A model generated the notes under the pieces. That model was not told the origin of the DNA. It made no database searches and was given only the letters and a program-made list of their open reading frames with translations. DNA of 32,000 nt, taken from the NCBI GenBank assembly GCA_000091165.1, contig FP565575.1, positions 1-32,000 of the forward strand, read 5' to 3'. How positions within the stretch are numbered: position 1 is the first letter of the stretch; each line of letters starts with the position of its first letter. Origin of the DNA: Candidatus Methylomirabilis oxygeniifera (GTDB lineage: Bacteria; Methylomirabilota; Methylomirabilia; Methylomirabilales; Methylomirabilaceae). The position numbers and the translations under genes are program-made. Below are positions 26,944-32,000 of this stretch, piece by piece.

Positions 26944-29591
26944 TGGCCAGAGATCCGATCTGCGGCATGGATGTGCTCCCCGAGGAGGCCGCAGGTACGA
27001 GCCGCTACGAGGGGGTAGATTACTATTTCTGTGCGACGGCCTGTAAGGAGGCGTTCGACAAGTCGCCAGCGCAGTATGTGACTGGGCAGCCCGAGGTACA
27101 AAACAGGAAGTCCGAAATACCCTCCACCCTCCGCGTTACCGAGCTTCCGATCAGAGGAATGACCTGCGCGTCCTGTGTGGCTCGGATCGAGGACGGCCTG
27201 TCGAAGCTCAGTGGTGTCCAGACGGCCGGCGTCAACTTTGCGACGCAACAGGCGACGATCTCATATGATTCCCAACGGGTGACCATCCATCGAATCGTCC
27301 AGGAGGTTCGGGAGCTGGGGTATGAGGTCGCGACGGCAGAGGTCATCTTGCCGGTTAGCGGGATGTCCTGCGCCTCGTGCGTGCAGCATATCGAGCAGGC
27401 GTTGGCGGCGGTCCCGGGGGTGGTTGCCGCCTCTGTGAACTTTGCTACGGAGCGGGCGAGCGTGACTTTCCTTGCCTCAGTCGTTCAGCCGACGGATCTG
27501 CGTCAGGCGATCGAAGAGGCCGGGTACGGGGTTGCGGACGTGGCAGCCGGCGTCATGCCTGATCAAGAGCAGGCGACGGCCGATACGGAGATCCGCCTGC
27601 TTCGGACCAAGTTTCTGGTCGGAGCGGCCCTCAGCGTCCCCGTCCTGGTGGGGAGCTTTCCGGACTGGTTTCCCTGGGCCCCGGCGCTGCTCTCCGACCC
27701 CTACATGTTGTTGGTCCTCACCACGCCGGTACAGTTCTGGGTCGGCCGGCAGTTCCATCGGGGGTTCTGGGCGAGCCTGAAACACCGAACCGCCGACATG
27801 AATACCTTAGTCTCGATCGGGACGAATGCAGCCTACCTGTACAGTGCGGCGCTCACCCTCTTCCCGGCGTCCATCGCACCGTCAGGGATGGAGATGATGA
27901 CCTACTACGACACCGCCGCCATTTTGATGACTCTGATCGTGATGGGAAGGTGGCTCGAGGCTAAGGCGAAAGGTCGGACCTCGGAGGCCATCAGGAAGCT
28001 GATGGGACTTCGGGCCAAGACCGCCCGGGTGATCCGGGACGACTTAGTGCAAGATATCCCGGTGGAGGAGGTCAGGATCGGCGACCTGGTGCTCGTCAGG
28101 CCCGGGGAGAAGGTGCCGGTCGACGGAATCATCCGTGAGGGGCAGTCGGCGTTGGATGAGTCGATGCTGACCGGGGAGAGCCTGCCCGTCGAGAAGGGGC
28201 CGGGCGATCAGGTGATCGGCGCGACGGTCAATAAGATTGGCGGCTTCACGTTCGAGGCGACCCGGGTCGGGCGGGACACCGTCCTCGCCCAGATCGTCCG
28301 GCTGGTGGAGCAGGCCCAGGGATCGAAGGCGCCAATCCAGCGGCTGGTCGATCGGATTGCCGGAATCTTTGTCCCGATCGTTTTAGTGATTGCCGTCGTC
28401 ACGTTCGGGGTATGGTTACTGGTCGGAGGGGAACAGGCGTTTCTTGTTGCCCTCTCCAACTTCGTGGCCGTCCTGGTGATCGCCTGCCCCTGCGCGTTAG
28501 GTCTGGCGACGCCCACGTCGATCATGGTCGGCATCGGGAAGGGGGCGGAGTACGGCGTCCTGATCAAGAACGCCGAGAGTCTTGAACGGGCCTACCGGGT
28601 GAACGTCATTGTGTTCGACAAGACCGGTACGCTGACCGTCGGCCAACCATCCGTCACCGACATCATTCCGAGCTCAACACTCAACACTCAACACTCCACG
28701 CCTGACATTCTTCTTAGGCTGGCTGCCTCGGCGGAACAAGGCTCGGAGCACCCGCTTGGGCAGGCCATCATCGACTACGCCAAGGCGCAAGGGCTTGCGC
28801 TTGCCAGGCCGCAGGAGTTCAAAGCGGCCCCGGGACACGGGATCAGGGCCGTTGTAGAGGGACGGGAGGTCCTGCTTGGTAATGTTGTCCTGATGCGGCA
28901 GCACGGCATCGACCTTGCCGGAATGGACGCCCAGGCAGAGTCGTTATCGGGGGAGGGGAAGACGCCGATGTTTGTCGCTGCCGATGGGCGGCTGTTTGGG
29001 ATCATCGCCGTGGCCGACGTCGTCAAGCCGCATTCGAAGGCGGCCGTGACCGCCTTGCATGGCTTGGGCATCGAGGTGGCAATGATCACCGGTGATACCC
29101 GTCGGACGGCCGAGGCCATTGCCGGACAGGTCGGGATCGATCGAGTTCTGGCGGAGGTCCTGCCGGAGCATAAGGCCCTGGAGGTCCGACGACTTCAGGA
29201 GCAGGGGAGGTTGGTGGCGATGGTAGGCGACGGGATCAACGATGCCCCTGCCCTGGCCCAGGCCGATGTCGGGGTCGCCATCGGTACCGGGACCGATGTA
29301 GCGATGGAGGCGGCCGATATTACCCTGATCGGTGGCGATCTGCGAAGCGTCGTGACGGCCCTCCAGCTCAGCAGGTTGACGATGCGCAACATCAGACAGA
29401 ACCTGTTTTGGGCGTTTGCCTATAATACGGTCTTGATTCCGGTAGCCGCCGGGGTCCTCTACCCATTGTTTGGGGTCATGTTAAGTCCGGTCCTGGCCAG
29501 CGCAGCTATGGCGCTATCCTCGGTGACTGTCGTCAGCAATGCCCTCCGATTGCGGAGATTCCGACCGATGGGCGTCGCCGTATCGGCATAG
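26943..29591 (+). CDS. copA: Copper-type P1B ATPase with N-terminal YHS domain and two HMA domains
   Basis: YHS domain [14 protein letters not shown]...[12 protein letters not shown]. Two HMA domains ([30 protein letters not shown]). CPC motif [20 protein letters not shown] phosphorylation site and [16 protein letters not shown]. The ATG overlaps the upstream stop (TAATG). Confidence 0.95.
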   Translation: MARDPICGMDVLPEEAAGTSRYEGVDYYFCATACKEAFDKSPAQYVTGQPEVQNRKSEIPSTLRVTELPIRGMTCASCVARIEDGLSKLSGVQTAGVNFATQQATISYDSQRVTIHRIVQEVRELGYEVATAEVILPVSGMSCASCVQHIEQALAAVPGVVAASVNFATERASVTFLASVVQPTDLRQAIEEAGYGVADVAAGVMPDQEQATADTEIRLLRTKFLVGAALSVPVLVGSFPDWFPWAPALLSDPYMLLVLTTPVQFWVGRQFHRGFWASLKHRTADMNTLVSIGTNAAYLYSAALTLFPASIAPSGMEMMTYYDTAAILMTLIVMGRWLEAKAKGRTSEAIRKLMGLRAKTARVIRDDLVQDIPVEEVRIGDLVLVRPGEKVPVDGIIREGQSALDESMLTGESLPVEKGPGDQVIGATVNKIGGFTFEATRVGRDTVLAQIVRLVEQAQGSKAPIQRLVDRIAGIFVPIVLVIAVVTFGVWLLVGGEQAFLVALSNFVAVLVIACPCALGLATPTSIMVGIGKGAEYGVLIKNAESLERAYRVNVIVFDKTGTLTVGQPSVTDIIPSSTLNTQHSTPDILLRLAASAEQGSEHPLGQAIIDYAKAQGLALARPQEFKAAPGHGIRAVVEGREVLLGNVVLMRQHGIDLAGMDAQAESLSGEGKTPMFVAADGRLFGIIAVADVVKPHSKAAVTALHGLGIEVAMITGDTRRTAEAIAGQVGIDRVLAEVLPEHKALEVRRLQEQGRLVAMVGDGINDAPALAQADVGVAIGTGTDVAMEAADITLIGGDLRSVVTALQLSRLTMRNIRQNLFWAFAYNTVLIPVAAGVLYPLFGVMLSPVLASAAMALSSVTVVSNALRLRRFRPMGVAVSA
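28673..28696 (+). repeat. In-gene tandem repeat (CTCAACA)x3 plus CTC inside copA
   Basis: Direct reading of agCTCAACACTCAACACTCAACACTCcac. Confidence 0.85.
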
Positions 29592-29669
29592 GGCGTATCG
29601 ATGTGATAGAATCTCGAATAGTAAAATATAAAGCGGCGGTTCGTGTGACAAGAGAGGGGGTGAAAACGT

Positions 29670-30089
29670 ATGGAGCAAGATGCAGTAAAAAAGACTGATC
29701 GGCGACTGGTTCTCAGGGTTCTTGCTGGAGGCGCGTTAAGCCTTCTCGTTGCGCCTGTTGCCGGTTGGACAGCGGGAGGCGATAGTGCGGCTCAGGCGAT
29801 CCCGAGGCGGCCGCGCCCGGCGACGCCCTCTCCGGCACTGTTCCGTGGAAAGCTGGCTGAGACCTATCGGATCGCGAAGGAGGCGCCGGAACTGATCGAG
29901 CAGATGCCGTGTTATTGCGGGTGCGGGAGAATGGCCGGCCATCAGAACAACCTGGATTGCTATACGGATCGGCACGCGGACACGTGAGTGATGTGCCAAG
30001 ACATTACGCTGGATGCGTATGCCATGTACAAGCAAGGAAAGAAAATTCCGGAGATCAAGGCGGTAATTGACCGAAAATATGCGAGATGA
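29670..30089 (+). CDS. PCYCGC-motif exported protein; candidate selenoprotein with Sec at codon 106 (in-frame TGA at 29985-29987)
   Basis: The frame before TGA ends MPCYCGCGRMAGHQNNLDCYTDRHADT. The same frame continues past TGA as VMCQDITLDAYAMYKQGKKIPEIKAVIDRKYAR* with a natural TGA stop at 30087-30089. The full frame is 140 codons including the stop. Confidence 0.72.
30000..30023 (+). promoter_or_regulatory. Candidate bacterial SECIS stem-loop
   Basis: TACGC(30005-30009)-TGGAT loop-GCGTA(30015-30019). The stem extends below a bulged T (30004) via A-T, C-G, an A.C mismatch and G-C. The loop contains GG and lies about 22-26 nt after the TGA. Confidence 0.45.
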
Positions 30090-30101
30090 GAGGGGAGAGC
30101 T

Positions 30102-30248
30102 ATGGCGATAGATCCCGTGTGCAAGATGACGGTAGACGAAAAACAGGCGGCGGCGACAGCCGTGCATCAGGGGGTGACCTACTATTTTTGCGCCGTAGGC
30201 TGCAAGCGCGCCTTCGAACAGTCGCCGGAGAAATACCTGTCGAAATAA
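30102..30248 (+). CDS. 48-aa YHS domain protein
   Basis: AGGGGAGAG ribosome-binding site then MAIDPVCKMTVDEKQAAATAVHQGVTYYFCAVGCKRAFEQSPEKYLSK. It falls below the apparent ORF-track cutoff. Confidence 0.85.
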   Translation: MAIDPVCKMTVDEKQAAATAVHQGVTYYFCAVGCKRAFEQSPEKYLSK

Positions 30249-30286
30249 GCGACAGGCCGGAAGTGCGGGAGCGGTAGTGTATTGCC

Positions 30287-31453
30287 CTACGCCGCCCGGA
30301 GGGCGTCGACGATCTTCATGCGCGCGGCGCGCACCGCGGGCAGGAACCCGCCGGCCAGCCCCATTGTGAGCGCGAAGACCAGCGACTTCCCGACGATCTC
30401 CGGCGTCAGCGTGAAGCGGAACGCCAGTTCCGAGAACGACTGCCAATTCATCGTCGAGATCTGGACAAGCTGCATCGCCGACGCGCACGCGAGCCCCACT
30501 ACCCAGCCGACCAGTCCGAGAAACAGTGCCTCGGCGAGGAACGCCACCAGGATCGAGCCGCGCCGGAACCCGAGGGCGCGCAGCGCGCCGATCTCCGAGG
30601 TGCGGGTTGCCACTGCGGCGTACATAGTGATCATCGCGCCGATCATTGCGCCGACCGAGAAGATGACCGAGAGGGTCAGCCCCAGGTAACTGATGAAGTT
30701 CGACATGACCTGCGACTGCTCTTCATAAAAGGTGCGCTCGCGCTTAACGTCGAGCGTCAGTCGCGGATCGGAATCGAGCCGCTGCTTCAGCGCGTCGAAC
30801 TGCGACGGATCGGCGAGACGCGCCGCGAGTGACGAGAATGCCGACCGTCGGAATGCCTGGATCATCTGTTCACCGTCGCCCCACACCTCCGAGTCGAACG
30901 CCGATCCGCCGGCGTCGAAGACGCCCACCACCGTCCACTCGCGGCTGCCGAAACGGAGTCGTTCGCCGATCCCCGTACCCTCGAAGCGCTCGGCGATGCT
31001 TCTGCCTACTGTGATCTCGGTGCTGTCGGGTCGAAACATCCGTCCGAAGACGACCCGGACCTGGGGACGCAGGGCGAGACCTTGCGCGCCGACCCCACGA
31101 ACAGTGACATTGGTCGGTACGCCGGTGCCGCGCTTGGGCTGCGTGATCAGGACGACCACCTCCTTCGACGCCATCCTCGCCCCGTCAGGGCCGATAGCAA
31201 TCTCCGGCTGGCTCTCGATGATCGCCGCTTGCGCGCGGGCGACAGAACTCTGGATTTCGGTGCCGGAAGAGCGGCGGGTCACCAGGATGTTGTTCGGCTG
31301 TCCGGTCGCGATGAGCGTCTGCTTGAGTCCGGCGTCGAGCATCATCACCACCGCGAACACAAAGACGACGAGCGCCATCCCGCCCGCCGTCAGCGCGGTG
31401 GTATACTTCCGAGCCCAGAGGTTGCGTACACTGTATGAGACGGGAATCGGCAT
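30287..31453 (-). CDS. ABC transporter permease (FtsX/MacB-like)
   Basis: N-terminal NLWARKYTTALTAGGMALVVFVFAVVMML, MacB-like periplasmic domain, and C-terminal LGALRALGFRRGSILVAFLAEALFLGLVGW. Confidence 0.88.
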   Translation of the reverse strand: MPIPVSYSVRNLWARKYTTALTAGGMALVVFVFAVVMMLDAGLKQTLIATGQPNNILVTRRSSGTEIQSSVARAQAAIIESQPEIAIGPDGARMASKEVVVLITQPKRGTGVPTNVTVRGVGAQGLALRPQVRVVFGRMFRPDSTEITVGRSIAERFEGTGIGERLRFGSREWTVVGVFDAGGSAFDSEVWGDGEQMIQAFRRSAFSSLAARLADPSQFDALKQRLDSDPRLTLDVKRERTFYEEQSQVMSNFISYLGLTLSVIFSVGAMIGAMITMYAAVATRTSEIGALRALGFRRGSILVAFLAEALFLGLVGWVVGLACASAMQLVQISTMNWQSFSELAFRFTLTPEIVGKSLVFALTMGLAGGFLPAVRAARMKIVDALRAA

Positions 31454-31469
31454 GGTTCTCGCTCCGCTG

Positions 31470-32000
31470 TCATCCGACGGCGCGCAGCCCCTCGACGATC
31501 TTGACTGTTGCAGCCCGCCGCCCGGGCACGGCCGCCGCGATCATCCCGACGCCGATCGCGCAGACGATCTGCAGGACAACCGTCTCGCCGCTGACTTTAA
31601 AGACCGGGAATATCGTCCCCACCTTCGCGGCGAACCAGTCGGCGACCGGGAACGTGAGCGCGATGCCGGCCGCCGCGCCGATCACGGCGATCGCCACCGA
31701 TTCGCCGACGATAAGCGCTGCGACGTAGCCGGGTGAGAAGCCGAGGACCTTGAGTGTCGCGTACTCGGAGAGCCGCTCGCGGGCGGTCATTGCCATCGTA
31801 TTGGCCATGACCGCCAGGATGATGACGATCACCACGTAGGAGACGATCCTGATGGCGATGACCAGTGCCTCCGTCTGCTTGACGAAGCCGATCTGAAAGG
31901 CGCGCTCGGTTTCGGTCAGCGTCTCGGCCAGTGAGTTCTTGAACAGGACGTCGATCGCGCGGCTCACCTCGGCGACGCGGTCGATGTCGATGACGTCGAC
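31470..32000 (-). CDS. ABC transporter permease C-terminal part (FtsX-like), truncated by the window edge
   Basis: MTARERLSEYATLKVLGFSPGYVAALIVGESVAIAVIGAAAG. The frame stays open to the window end. Confidence 0.85.
   Translation of the reverse strand, partial: VDVIDIDRVAEVSRAIDVLFKNSLAETLTETERAFQIGFVKQTEALVIAIRIVSYVVIVIILAVMANTMAMTARERLSEYATLKVLGFSPGYVAALIVGESVAIAVIGAAAGIALTFPVADWFAAKVGTIFPVFKVSGETVVLQIVCAIGVGMIAAAVPGRRAATVKIVEGLRAVG

Noticed and set aside
29985-29987. Treating the TGA simply as the natural stop of a 105-aa PCYCGC protein
   Set aside because: The downstream frame continues with well-formed, Cys-containing sequence to a second stop right before the next gene's RBS. Selenocysteine or a nonsense/pseudogene event fits better. 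Of these I favour Sec but cannot prove it without genome-wide data.
29736-30488. 250-aa minus ORF spanning the PCYCGC and YHS genes
   Set aside because: Antisense shadow across two genes with ribosome-binding sites and conserved Cys motifs on the plus strand.
1-32000. CRISPR arrays, tRNA and rRNA genes
   Set aside because: No regularly spaced direct repeats of 23-40 nt and no cloverleaf or rRNA-like sequence were noticed on reading.

Overview
The window is GC-rich bacterial chromosomal DNA. By inference from gene content it may be NC10/Candidatus Methylomirabilis-like, but no search was run. It opens with dnaA at base 11. Housekeeping genes follow: an HpnA-like epimerase, CcdA, two M16 peptidases, a DUF192 protein, an HtrA-type protease, CstA between two inositol-monophosphatase-family genes, YtxH and DUF948 proteins, UspA, and a Kelch protein. 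From about 17.3 to 24.9 kb there is a mobile-element cluster: an orphan YgiT-type zinc finger, a group II intron with reverse transcriptase, a frameshifted SAM methyltransferase, an IS110-family element with a long non-coding end, and an IS21-family istA/istB element. From about 25.2 kb there is a copper/thiol locus: CsoR with promoter and operator, an FAD reductase, and a YHS-HMA-HMA-CopA ATPase. It continues with a PCYCGC-motif protein interrupted by an in-frame TGA, a 48-aa YHS protein, and FtsX-like permeases. The strongest novel candidate is the PCYCGC gene. The TGA at 29985-29987 lies exactly where a UxxC (Sec-Val-Met-Cys) motif would be. Reading through it adds 33 in-frame codons of domain-like sequence, and a bulged-U stem-loop lies just downstream, so this looks like an unannotated selenoprotein. 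The second candidate is an ORF-poor, hairpin-rich segment ending in an intrinsic terminator (about 14760-15116), which looks like a structured ncRNA downstream of a 30-aa membrane peptide gene.
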